Positions 28,407-37,878 are shown, counted from the stretch's first letter. The stretch is DNA of 64,000 bases from Synechococcaceae cyanobacterium SM2_3_2 (GCA_012031565.1 JAAUUM010000001.1:6981-70980), one strand, 5' to 3'. Translations and numbers: made by a program. Notes: generated by a model not told the origin, from the letters alone.

Positions 28407-30998
28407 ATGGATACTCGTACAAAATCACAACAGAAACCATTTATACTGAATTTAACAACGATGGTGCCCCTAATGTCTGTGCAACTCGTACCGCAGTGTA
28501 AAAATCTCAAAGATCAGGTTGAGGCGATTTTAAGCTTGTGGCAGCAGGATCCCGTCCTCCAAGGGAAGTTAGACCCGACACGGATCCAATCCTCGCTCAG
28601 CAAAGCCATTTCCCCCACCTTCGAGATTGTCTTTGCTGGGGCTTTCAGCGCAGGTAAATCCATGCTGATCAACGCCTTGCTGGAAAGGGAGCTACTCTAC
28701 AGTGCTGAGGGGCACGCCACCGGAACTGAATGCTATATTGCTTATGCAGAAGCTGATCAGGAGCGAGTCGTACTGACCTTCTTGAGCGAACAGCAAGTGC
28801 GTGAACAGGTGATCGCGTTCTGTAGCCGACTCAATCTTCTTTCTCCCAACAGTTTGGACGGCAACACTTTAAAATCTCTGCATGAACAAGCTGACGCCAT
28901 CATTCAGCAAGAAGGGGGAAAGAGCAAGTCAGAACGGGCTAAGCAAGCGGATGCTCTAAGTTTGCTGATTGATGGATTTCAGCAGAATCAAGCCAGCATC
29001 CATCCTACCGAAAATAAAGTATTTTCGATGGAACAATTTAATTTTAGCAATCTCAAGGAGGCAGCTGGTTTCGCCCGTCGGGGAGCCAATAGTGCGGTGC
29101 TCTGGAAAGTGGAATACTACTGCCATCACCCCTTGCTCAAGGATGGAAATGTTATTGTTGACACCCCTGGAATTGATGCTCCTGTCAAAGCAGATGCCGA
29201 TCGCACTTACAACAAAATTGCCGATCCTGATACGTCCGCAGTGATATGTGTATTAAAGTCCGCTGCCACTGGCGAACTGACCCAAGAAGAAACCGATTTA
29301 ATCGAGCGCATTCAGGCCAATGCAAGCATTCGAGATCGAGTTTTCTATGTATTTAATCGTATTGACGAAACATGGTATAATACTCAACTCAGGCAAAGGT
29401 TAGATAACATCATTAATCAGCAGTTTAAGCAACTAAGAATCTTCAAAACGAGTGGATTGTTGGGATTCTATGGATCCCAGATCAAGGCAGCTAAAGCAGA
29501 GGAAAGATTTGGACTTAATACTCTATTTGCTGAGAGCATCAAGGGTCTGGGTGGGATAGAAGAAGTTCCTCAATTTGTAAGTGAGTTCAACAAGTATTGT
29601 GGATCAGGTAAATTAGTCGGTAGCACATTTCGTACATCAATTTATACCTATGAGACACCCCTAGAAAACTATGTTCGGATCTTGACTGAGTGTGGCCAGC
29701 CTTTGATTCAACATATGATCAAAGATAGCGGGATCGAAGATTTCCGTTCAGGTATTACCCGCTATCTGACCGAAGAGAAACGTCCTCAACTCTTTGCTGC
29801 GCTAGCAGATGATTTGCAACCACTATGTATTGAACTGCGTAAGGCTTACCTAGCTCTCTATGGACATCTTGACAGCCAACCGCGAGAAGTAGAAGGGATG
29901 ATCGCTCATGAATTACTCCTAATCAATCAACAGTTATCTCAGATTGGCAGAGATTTCAGCGAACATATGGATAATATGGTTAACGATGTGATTGATGGCA
30001 CAGACAAAGAGTTTGAAGCAGATTTTAGGAAATTACAGTCTAAGATGGTACGCCGCTTAGATGAGTTATTAGACACCTTCTCTGTCGATGATGCTTACAG
30101 TCGAGCCATTCGTAATCACCCTCGAAATTCTACTGCTCCTCTGCTAGCAGTTTTGGTGGAAGCATTTTACTATCTATCAAATGAGCTGGAAGATATTTTA
30201 GTTGGCTCTGCTGAGATGATAGCTGAGGGATTTTTTCATCGCCTCAATAGTGAGGTCAGAAATTCTGATTATTATCGCCAACTCTTTCGATTGTTGGGAT
30301 CCGATAATGATCTAGAGAAAAAACTACTGCTTGTAGAAGAGGTTACCCGTAGCTCATTGATAAATGGTGCGCGCAAGGAATGTGATCGATATGTGCGAGA
30401 AAGTCCCCGGTTCTATGATGAAGGCACGTTTTCAATCTATCAGTTTCGAGAGGTATTGAAGCAAACTTCTCAATCTTATGATATTTTGGCAATTAAGGAC
30501 GCGGAGCCAGGGATCCGACAATTGCTCAAGCTCGATTTTGAACCTAAGATCGGTCAGACTGTTCGATCTCATTTCCGCCAAGAAACTAATAATACCCTCA
30601 AAACTCAACTTTTGCCAATCGGGAAACAGGTGTCAGATGAGATTTTGCAGAAATATCCTCAAGCTAAGCATTTCATGGAGCAAACTCTCAAAAAAGAGGC
30701 CGCAGAAAAAATAGAACTTAATCAGCATCATCTCAATAGTCTGAAAATCAATATACGCAACTATAATCAGGCCGTTAGTGGGATAAACCTTTGCTTACAG
30801 ACTTTGCATCTAGATCGTGAGATATTACCCTTAATTGACTACTCCGAGTTTCAAGGATTGAATCTTGATCTCAACAATGAAGATACTTCAGACAAATCGG
30901 CTATTCAGGACGCTCCAGAAGAACCAGAAATTAGAGATGTGATTGTTGATTCAGATATGGCTTCCGAGTCAGATAGTATTCTCGATGATTTAAGGTAA
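28407..30998 (+). CDS. Dynamin family GTPase (bacterial dynamin-like protein)
   Basis: 863 aa. G1 FEIVFAGAFSAGKSMLINALL, G3 VIVDTPGIDAP, G4-like YVFNRID, followed by about 500 aa of helical stalk-like sequence and an acidic tail ending SESDSILDDLR. Alternative start MVPLMSV at 28461. Confidence 0.85.
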   Translation: MDTRTKSQQKPFILNLTTMVPLMSVQLVPQCKNLKDQVEAILSLWQQDPVLQGKLDPTRIQSSLSKAISPTFEIVFAGAFSAGKSMLINALLERELLYSAEGHATGTECYIAYAEADQERVVLTFLSEQQVREQVIAFCSRLNLLSPNSLDGNTLKSLHEQADAIIQQEGGKSKSERAKQADALSLLIDGFQQNQASIHPTENKVFSMEQFNFSNLKEAAGFARRGANSAVLWKVEYYCHHPLLKDGNVIVDTPGIDAPVKADADRTYNKIADPDTSAVICVLKSAATGELTQEETDLIERIQANASIRDRVFYVFNRIDETWYNTQLRQRLDNIINQQFKQLRIFKTSGLLGFYGSQIKAAKAEERFGLNTLFAESIKGLGGIEEVPQFVSEFNKYCGSGKLVGSTFRTSIYTYETPLENYVRILTECGQPLIQHMIKDSGIEDFRSGITRYLTEEKRPQLFAALADDLQPLCIELRKAYLALYGHLDSQPREVEGMIAHELLLINQQLSQIGRDFSEHMDNMVNDVIDGTDKEFEADFRKLQSKMVRRLDELLDTFSVDDAYSRAIRNHPRNSTAPLLAVLVEAFYYLSNELEDILVGSAEMIAEGFFHRLNSEVRNSDYYRQLFRLLGSDNDLEKKLLLVEEVTRSSLINGARKECDRYVRESPRFYDEGTFSIYQFREVLKQTSQSYDILAIKDAEPGIRQLLKLDFEPKIGQTVRSHFRQETNNTLKTQLLPIGKQVSDEILQKYPQAKHFMEQTLKKEAAEKIELNQHHLNSLKINIRNYNQAVSGINLCLQTLHLDREILPLIDYSEFQGLNLDLNNEDTSDKSAIQDAPEEPEIRDVIVDSDMASESDSILDDLR

Positions 30999-31046
30999 GA
31001 ATTCATTTGATTTGTATACCCATCTTTTTTCAAGGTTAGTTAGATT

Positions 31047-31436
31047 ATGCCATTAGAACAGATTGATTTGAGTCAATACCCGGAAGGGATCCTTTCTGTC
31101 GGAGAAAAGAACTTTAAGATTTCCACCTTGCTCAAGGCAGCTCAGAATGATTTGGCAAAGAAAGAAGAGCTAAACCGTTTGTTTATCTCTGCTCTCCGAA
31201 CAACTGGGATCCTTGCACCTGATGACTTGATTAATATTGCTAGTAGCCTCCTTGCTCCAAAATCAGAAGAGAAGTCCTTGGAGGAAACTAAGTGGTTTGG
31301 AGATGGTTTGATCTGCCAGATACTGATTCCAAACCAGAAAGAGTGGGAGGTAGGTAAACTAAAACTTAGAATAACAGTTGATTTTGAAACTGATGCACCT
31401 AAAAGTGAATCTCCACTTAATGACTTTCGCAGTTAA
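31047..31436 (+). CDS. KGK-domain-like small protein, paralog 1
   Basis: 129 aa. The C-terminal core KWFGDGLICQILIPNQKEWEVGKLKLRITVDFETD aligns with the next ORF and with my memory of the cyanobacterial KGK domain (W..GK..I...EF.PD). Tail SESPLNDFRS. Confidence 0.55.
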   Translation: MPLEQIDLSQYPEGILSVGEKNFKISTLLKAAQNDLAKKEELNRLFISALRTTGILAPDDLINIASSLLAPKSEEKSLEETKWFGDGLICQILIPNQKEWEVGKLKLRITVDFETDAPKSESPLNDFRS

Positions 31437-31469
31437 TATCTTTGCTATAAATTAGAGAATGGAGACAGA

Positions 31470-31877
31470 GTGATGGAAGAGATATATTGCGATTTAGTTG
31501 AATTCAATGATGGCGTTATTGCTTTTGATGAGGGAACCTGTATGGTAGATAGATTTATTAATTTATCTGAGAAGTCTATATTACAATACCCTTCTCTTGG
31601 TTCTGGCCTTACCAATCATTTGAGAGGTCATGCTCAACTCAAGATCAGTCCACCTCAAAACAACCATGCAAATTGGTTTAATAATCAAGGGATTCCTTGT
31701 TCCATACTTTCGCCAGAAACAAACGGATGGCAAAAAGGTAGAGTCAAAATCAATGTACAGGTGACGGTCGAGTTTTATCCCGATGATCCTGAATCGTTTC
31801 TAACAAGTTGTAGTCCAAGTGGAGAATCCCCAGAATCTCTTTTGGATGATATTCGGAGTCTGGAAGATCAAGCATGA
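31470..31877 (+). CDS. KGK-domain-like small protein, paralog 2
   Basis: 135 aa (ATG at 31473). Core NWFNNQGIPCSILSPETNGWQKGRVKINVQVTVEFYPDDPE, tail GESPESLLDDIRSLEDQA. GGAGA lies upstream of the start. Confidence 0.55.
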   Translation: MMEEIYCDLVEFNDGVIAFDEGTCMVDRFINLSEKSILQYPSLGSGLTNHLRGHAQLKISPPQNNHANWFNNQGIPCSILSPETNGWQKGRVKINVQVTVEFYPDDPESFLTSCSPSGESPESLLDDIRSLEDQA

Positions 31878-32029
31878 GAGAGAAAAAGACCCCCCAACGG
31901 ATCCCTATCCCAACCTCTGTCCGTGGCTACATATTCACCAGAGACAAGCATCAATGTCAGGGGTGTGGAAAAAAGGGATCCCAAGCCCAACTCCAGTTTG
32001 AATTAGAGATTGAATCCGGTGAGATCTAG
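31874..32029 (+). pseudogene. HNH endonuclease N-terminal remnant
   Basis: 51-codon ORF whose ATG overlaps the KGK2 stop (ATGA): [51 protein letters not shown]. The IP..VR..(V/I)..RD...C..CG pattern is the start of an HNH domain. The catalytic D/H-H...N part is missing. Confidence 0.5.
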
Positions 32030-33972
32030 AGATTGTCGATCTCCACCGGCTCAATGGCATCCACCAGCTCAAAACCAAATACCTGACCATAAAAATAGAG
32101 TTCTGCTTCTAGGGTTCGCTTGATGGTGGCCGATTGACGGAAGCCATGCTGCTCCCCCTCAAAAGCTAGGTAGGCTACCGGCAAGCCTTTGGCCTTGAGC
32201 GCCTTTACCATCATCTCTGCCTGGTTGGGGGGAACGATTTTGTCCTCCAAGCCCTGAAAAAAGATCACCGGACAGGTCAGCCCTTCCGGATGAAAAATCG
32301 GGGAGCGGGCCTGATAAATCGCCTCTTGCTCAGGATAGGATCCCACCAATCCATCCAAGTAGCGGGACTCAAATTTGTGGGTATCTCGCACCAAAGCCGC
32401 TAAATCGCTGACACCGTAATAGCTAGCCCCCGCCTTGAATACATCCCGAAAGGTCAGAGCCGCCAAGGTGGTATACCCCCCAGCACTGCCGCCATCAATA
32501 CAAAGTCGCTCAGGATCCGCCTTACCCTGCTCTGTCAAATAGCGGGCCCCATTCACACAATCATCCACATCCACAATGCCCCAGTTGCCCTGTAGCCGCT
32601 GCCGATACTCCCGCCCATAGCCCGTGCTACCGCCATAATTGACATCCAGCACCGCAACACCACGACTGGTCCAATACTGGATCCCGAGGTTGAAAGAGGC
32701 GCTAGTGGAGGCTGTGGGGCCACCATGACTTTTGACCAAGAGGGGAGGTGTTTCCCCCTCTGGGGCTTGAAAATCAGCATTGGTGGGGGCATAAAAATAG
32801 CCATGTGCGGTCAGGCCATTTTCGGTGGGAAACTCAATCGCCTCCGGGATGGACAGATAGCCCGGATCAATCTCCAGCTCATTGGCCTTACGCAATACCG
32901 CCCAAGTCTCAGTCGCCAGATCCATCAACACGATGGCAGCAGGCTGGGTCGGGGATCCCCCTACAAACAAAGCCTTGCCGTCATCTACCCGCAAACTGCC
33001 GAGGCTGGTAAAGGGAATCGCAATTGGCCGCAGGGATCCTGTTTTCACCTCAAAGCGAGCCAGCTGAGTGCCTTCTGCCTCTGAATAGACACAGAGGATC
33101 TCGTCTGCACTGACAAAGCCATAGGTGGACATGCCAAACACCCATTGGGGCTGACCAAACTCTGCTGCCCGGGGACACACCGCTTCGATGGTAGTGCCTG
33201 TCCAGCGATGGAGATTCCACCAATTGCTCCGATCCGAGACGAAATACAGGATCCCGTCGGGACTCCATTGGGGCTGAAAGATCGACTCCTGGGATCCCCC
33301 GGCCACTGGCAGGGGTTCCCCCAAGCCTCCATCCGGCTGTATCTCCGCCACCCACAGGGTTGTGCCATCCCACGGCATCTGGGGGTGATCCCAGGTCAGC
33401 CAAGCCAGCCGGGAGCCATCGGGGCTGAGACAAGGGGAGGCAAAAAAGTCGTGTCCAGAGGCCAAGAGGGTGCCCTCATCAAGATGGCTGGGATCCACCT
33501 CTAGAGACACCAAAGCATTGACAGGTTCATGCCCCCCCGCTCGATGATCTTCTCGAATGGCAATCAACCGCTGCCGCCAGGGATCCCCGATCATGTCGGC
33601 ATAGCGGAGGGCTGACTCGGACTCCGGTGTGAGGGGTTGCGGATCTGTCTCACCAGCACCAAGGCGATAGAGCCGTTGGTCGGCAAAGTTGACGAAATAG
33701 ACCACCCCTGCGATGACTCGAAAGGATCCACCTCCATACTCATGCACACGAGTACGGACATTGAATGGTGCAGGGGTCAAGGCTTCACCTGGGATGCCTG
33801 CCACCAAAACATTGCGGCCTTTCTCTGTGGGACGACCTTCTGTCCAGTAGACTTGCCCTTGAGCTAAGCCCAATTCCCCCAGTCGAATCGAGTCAGCCAC
33901 GATCAGATCTGCGGTGATGGGGGACTTCCAGCTGCCATAGGGTTTGACAATGGCGGATTGAGGTGCAGTCAT
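32026..33972 (-). CDS. S9 family serine peptidase (prolyl oligopeptidase/acylaminoacyl-peptidase type)
   Basis: 648 aa. N-terminal beta-propeller-like half, and a C-terminal alpha/beta hydrolase with nucleophile motif [15 protein letters not shown] and a later GLEDKIVP / EGEQHGF. Confidence 0.85.
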   Translation of the reverse strand: MTAPQSAIVKPYGSWKSPITADLIVADSIRLGELGLAQGQVYWTEGRPTEKGRNVLVAGIPGEALTPAPFNVRTRVHEYGGGSFRVIAGVVYFVNFADQRLYRLGAGETDPQPLTPESESALRYADMIGDPWRQRLIAIREDHRAGGHEPVNALVSLEVDPSHLDEGTLLASGHDFFASPCLSPDGSRLAWLTWDHPQMPWDGTTLWVAEIQPDGGLGEPLPVAGGSQESIFQPQWSPDGILYFVSDRSNWWNLHRWTGTTIEAVCPRAAEFGQPQWVFGMSTYGFVSADEILCVYSEAEGTQLARFEVKTGSLRPIAIPFTSLGSLRVDDGKALFVGGSPTQPAAIVLMDLATETWAVLRKANELEIDPGYLSIPEAIEFPTENGLTAHGYFYAPTNADFQAPEGETPPLLVKSHGGPTASTSASFNLGIQYWTSRGVAVLDVNYGGSTGYGREYRQRLQGNWGIVDVDDCVNGARYLTEQGKADPERLCIDGGSAGGYTTLAALTFRDVFKAGASYYGVSDLAALVRDTHKFESRYLDGLVGSYPEQEAIYQARSPIFHPEGLTCPVIFFQGLEDKIVPPNQAEMMVKALKAKGLPVAYLAFEGEQHGFRQSATIKRTLEAELYFYGQVFGFELVDAIEPVEIDNL

Positions 33973-34012
33973 GGTGTCTCAGGAGAAGGTGGGCGCAATG
34001 TCAAGACGATGA

Positions 34013-35374
34013 CTAGGACTGTAAATGTAAAGGCACTACATCCTGCCGCACCAAATCCGCATAAGTCTCCCGCTGCAAAATTAGCTCCGCCTGCCCATCT
34101 CGCACCAGCACCGCCGCCGGACGAGGGTAGCGGTTGTAATTGGAGGACATACTGGCGTTGTAGGCTCCCGTGGCCAACACCAGCAAAATGTCCCCTGGAT
34201 CCAAGGGTGGCAGCATCACATCCTTGAGCACAATATCGCCGGATTCGCAGTGTTTGCCCGCCACGGTTACCCGCTCGGGATCCCCGGTTTTTTCGGTGGC
34301 TAGCATGGCGGTGTACTTGGCCTGATAGGTGATGGGGCGCGGGTTGTCGGACATACCCCCATCCACCGTCACATAGGTGCGTCCATGGGGCAATTCAGGA
34401 GCCACCGGGATCTGCTTGCGGGATCCCACCGTGTAGGCGGTCACCGTCGAGGATCCCACCAGCGAACGGCCCGGTTCACATATCAACTTGGGCAACGGGA
34501 TCCCGGCAGCATTAAAAGCCTGTTGTACCCCATTGGCCACTGCCTCACACCACTCGGGAATAGAAGGGGGATCATCGGATTCCACATAGCGGATCCCCAG
34601 CCCACCGCCGATATTCAACTCCGACAGGGGCAGCCCCAGCTCCTGCGCCTGTTGCCACAGCTCCGCCATTACCCCAGCCAGATCGATATGGCCTTGCAGG
34701 TCAAAAATCTGGGATCCCACATGGGCATGGATCCCGGAGCAGTGGAGGCTGGTGGCTCCGGCCAGATAGGTCAAAATCTGGGGCAGATCATGTTTGCCCA
34801 ACCCAAACTTGCTGTCGATCTGTCCGGTGCGAATGTATTCGTGGGTATGGACATCAATGCCGGGATTGACCCGCACCATCACCCGAGCTGGATACTCAGG
34901 ATTGGCGATGTTGGCCAAGGTTTGCAATTCATACAGACTGTCCACCACCACGGTGCAGCCCGCTTCCCAAGCCATCCGCAGCTCATCTGCCGTCTTGCTG
35001 TTGCCATGTAAGTAGATCTCGGCACCGGTCGCCCCCGCTTGCAGCGCGGTATACAACTCGCCACCAGAAGCCACATCCAGCCCCAGGCCCTCTTGGCGCA
35101 CCAGCCGACACAAGGCCAGATTGCTCCAGGCTTTGCTGGCATAGATCACCTGACTGGATCCCTGGTAAACCTGCCGCAGGGTATCCCGATAAAGCTGACA
35201 ACAGAGTCGCAGCGAGGCTTCATCCACGATGTAGAGGGGAGAGGCAAACTGGGCCACCAGATCCACCACACTACAGCCGCCGATCTCCACTTGGCCTTGG
35301 GCATTGGTGCGGGTGGTGAGGGGAGCAAGGGACTGGTTGGGAGAGCTTTTGAGGGCGACTAGACTTGAGACCAT
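34013..35374 (-). CDS. lysA: Diaminopimelate decarboxylase
   Basis: 453 aa. Orn/DAP/Arg decarboxylase family with YASKAW (PLP lysine region), HVGSQI, EPGRSLVG, and CESGD near the C-terminus. Confidence 0.9.
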   Translation of the reverse strand: MVSSLVALKSSPNQSLAPLTTRTNAQGQVEIGGCSVVDLVAQFASPLYIVDEASLRLCCQLYRDTLRQVYQGSSQVIYASKAWSNLALCRLVRQEGLGLDVASGGELYTALQAGATGAEIYLHGNSKTADELRMAWEAGCTVVVDSLYELQTLANIANPEYPARVMVRVNPGIDVHTHEYIRTGQIDSKFGLGKHDLPQILTYLAGATSLHCSGIHAHVGSQIFDLQGHIDLAGVMAELWQQAQELGLPLSELNIGGGLGIRYVESDDPPSIPEWCEAVANGVQQAFNAAGIPLPKLICEPGRSLVGSSTVTAYTVGSRKQIPVAPELPHGRTYVTVDGGMSDNPRPITYQAKYTAMLATEKTGDPERVTVAGKHCESGDIVLKDVMLPPLDPGDILLVLATGAYNASMSSNYNRYPRPAAVLVRDGQAELILQRETYADLVRQDVVPLHLQS

Positions 35375-35515
35375 AGGGATCCAAACAGGGGCAAATAGTA
35401 AATGAAGGATCCCAGCGGATCCAGAGTCTTTTTAGTGTACTGCCTTCCTCTTGATCCAGAGGATCCTGGGATGGGCGGGGTTAAGACACCTCCAAACTGG
35501 GCCTATGGTCAAAAG

Positions 35516-35544
35516 AAAAAAAGGGGCCAGACAAGTCCAGCCCC
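35516..35544 (-). terminator. Candidate intrinsic terminator downstream of petH
   Basis: On the minus strand: ggggctgg-acttgt-ctggcccc (8 bp including 2 GU) followed by ttttttt. Confidence 0.4.
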
Positions 35545-35645
35545 AGACAGCATTTTTGAGCGAGATGACGGCTGGCAAAGAAAGCTACAGGGGATCCCTG
35601 CTGAGCCAATCTCAAAACCCATCAAAAGATTTAATAGGTCTAGAT

Positions 35646-36539
35646 TTAGTAGGTTTCCTCGTTCCAGCGGCCCAGCTTCTTGAGGCTCTTTTGGTAGGAC
35701 TTCCATTCCATACCATTGCGCTCTGCCATCGGCCCCATGAATTCGGCAATGCCATCTTCCATGCCTTTCAACCCACAGATATAGACATAGGAATGCTCGT
35801 TGGTCTGGAGCAAGCTCCAAAGTTCATCTTCGTACTGGGCCATCCGGTTTTGCACATACATCTTGCGGCCATCGTCGGTCTGTTGTTCGCGACTGATGGC
35901 ATAGTCCACCCGAAAGCGATCGCCATAAAGCTGACAATAGCGCTCCAGATCTTCGTGGTAGAGCAAGGTCGAAGTGGTGGGCACCCCAAAAAACAGCCAG
36001 ATGTTGCCCTTAAAAGTGGGATCCTCTTCAAACAGGTGCTTAATGAAGGCCCGAAAGGGTGCGATACCAGTGCCGGTAGCGATCAACACCAAGGTAGCCT
36101 CGGGATCCTCTGGCAGCAAGAAGGTCTTGCCGGAAGGGCCAGTGATCTGAACGTCATCCCCTGGCTTTAGATCGGTCAAAAAGCTGGAGCAAACCCCGAC
36201 GCCCGGTTCCCCCGTTTCCTTGTCAGTGTGCTCGGCGCGTTTGACGCTCAAAGAGACTGTTTTGCCTTCGCCATCATCTCCCCGCTGGGTGGAGGCGATG
36301 GAGTAAAGACGGGGTTTGTGAGGTTTACCCTTCTCATCTTGTCCGGGAGGAATGATGCCAACGCTCTGCCCCTCCAGATATTTGTAGGCAGGATCCGGCA
36401 GGCTGAGGACAATGTGATGGGTTCGTCCCGGCGCTCCCTCCTTGACGAGCAGATAATTCTCTACGCACTTGCCAATCAAGGGGGCATTGGGGCGATAGAC
36501 ATTGAGGACAAGTTCGCGCTTCTCTGCGGTTGCAACCAT
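35646..36539 (-). CDS. petH: Ferredoxin-NADP(+) reductase, two-domain form (no CpcD-like linker domain)
   Basis: RLYSIASTQ FAD motif, GTGIAPFRAF NADP motif, C-terminal ...GRWNEETY. The maximal ORF starts at 36596, but ATG at 36539 (MVATAEKRE) has an upstream AGGAG. Confidence 0.9.
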   Translation of the reverse strand: MVATAEKRELVLNVYRPNAPLIGKCVENYLLVKEGAPGRTHHIVLSLPDPAYKYLEGQSVGIIPPGQDEKGKPHKPRLYSIASTQRGDDGEGKTVSLSVKRAEHTDKETGEPGVGVCSSFLTDLKPGDDVQITGPSGKTFLLPEDPEATLVLIATGTGIAPFRAFIKHLFEEDPTFKGNIWLFFGVPTTSTLLYHEDLERYCQLYGDRFRVDYAISREQQTDDGRKMYVQNRMAQYEDELWSLLQTNEHSYVYICGLKGMEDGIAEFMGPMAERNGMEWKSYQKSLKKLGRWNEETY

Positions 36540-36867
36540 AGTTTTAGACCTTACTCCTAGCAACTGGACGTAACAAAACTTTCGATGTTTTGACAAAAAA
36601 GATTTTTAAGCAGGTGGCCCCACTTGAGTCATACGCCAACATAGCAGTCCATGTCAGGTACGGAAAGATCTGGCCTGTGTGGGCTTACCTTAATTCATGG
36701 TGCTCAAACCTACTCTGGGCATGCTTTTGAAGTGATTAAGCCGCCTGTAACCTTGCTTGATCCCGAAAGGGTGCCGATTGTCAATCTCACAACTTTTTTA
36801 GATGTCTGGAGATTTTGTTAATTTTGTCCTAAAGTGATAAGGCATTCAGGCTAGCTGAGGAGAGTCC

Positions 36868-37878
36868 ATGGCAAGTAGTCCCGACCGCGTTGTGATGATA
36901 GGTGTCGCAGGCGATTCAGGCTGTGGCAAGTCGACCTTTTTACGTCGCCTCGGCGATTTATTTGGCGATGACCTCATCACCACCATTTGCTTGGACGATT
37001 ATCACAGCCTTGATCGCTACCAGCGCAAGGACAAGGGCATCACCGCCCTGGATCCCCGTGCCAACAACTTTGACTTGATGTACGAACAGGCTAAGGCGCT
37101 CAAGTCTGGCCAAAGCATTATGAAGCCCATCTATAACCACGAGACGGGCCTGATCGATCCGCCAGAGCAGGTCAATCCAAACCGGATCATCGTCTTGGAG
37201 GGTCTACATCCCCTATATGACGAGCGGGTACGGGATCTCTTGGACTTCAAGGTTTACCTGGACTTGAGCTCTGAGATCAAGGTGGCCTGGAAAGTGCAGC
37301 GAGATATGGCTGAGCGGGGGCACTCTTATGAAGATGTCTTGCGTTCAATTGAGGCCCGCCGTCCCGACTTTGAAGCCTTCATTGATGTCCAGAAGCAGTA
37401 TGCGGATGTGGTGATGGAGATCCTCCCCACCAGTCTTCTGCCTGAAATTGATAAAGCACACAAGATTTTGCGGGTGCGGTTGATTCAGCGAGAAGGGGTG
37501 CAGTTCTTTGACCATGCCTTCCTGTTTGATGAGGGATCCACCATCGACTGGTTACCCTGTGGCAAAAAGCTGACCTGTAGTTATCCCGGCCTCAAACTTC
37601 ACTATGGCCCTGATGCCTACTATGACCATCCAGTCACTCTCCTAGAAATTGACGGTCAATTTGACAATATCGAAGAGATTCTCTATCTCGAAAATCATCT
37701 CAGTGGTCTTTCTACTCACCACTACGGCGAGATGACCGAACTGCTTCGCAAGAATCCTGACTACCCAGGCTCTAAAAATGGCTCTGGTTTGCTACAAGTG
37801 ATTGTGGGGCTGAAAATTCGAGCTGTCTATGAGCAGATTGTTCAGTCTCAGCAAAACTTGGTTGCAGTGGGCTCTTAA
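36868..37878 (+). CDS. prk: Phosphoribulokinase
   Basis: P-loop VMIGVAGDSGCGKSTFLRRL, and DDYHSLDRYQRK and NFDLMYEQAKALKSGQSIMKPIYNHETG are typical of Prk. Confidence 0.95.
   Translation: MASSPDRVVMIGVAGDSGCGKSTFLRRLGDLFGDDLITTICLDDYHSLDRYQRKDKGITALDPRANNFDLMYEQAKALKSGQSIMKPIYNHETGLIDPPEQVNPNRIIVLEGLHPLYDERVRDLLDFKVYLDLSSEIKVAWKVQRDMAERGHSYEDVLRSIEARRPDFEAFIDVQKQYADVVMEILPTSLLPEIDKAHKILRVRLIQREGVQFFDHAFLFDEGSTIDWLPCGKKLTCSYPGLKLHYGPDAYYDHPVTLLEIDGQFDNIEEILYLENHLSGLSTHHYGEMTELLRKNPDYPGSKNGSGLLQVIVGLKIRAVYEQIVQSQQNLVAVGS

Noticed and set aside
34385-36170. Long antisense ORFs inside lysA and petH (34385-35011, 35451-36170). Similar ones lie inside other genes: 989-1537, 8678-9154, 9705-10199, 23204-23821, 51367-52017, 60457-60978 and 63045-63596.
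   Set aside because: Each lies opposite a gene with an unambiguous family signature and has an Arg/Gly/Pro/His-rich composition. High-GC genomes generate such shadow ORFs.
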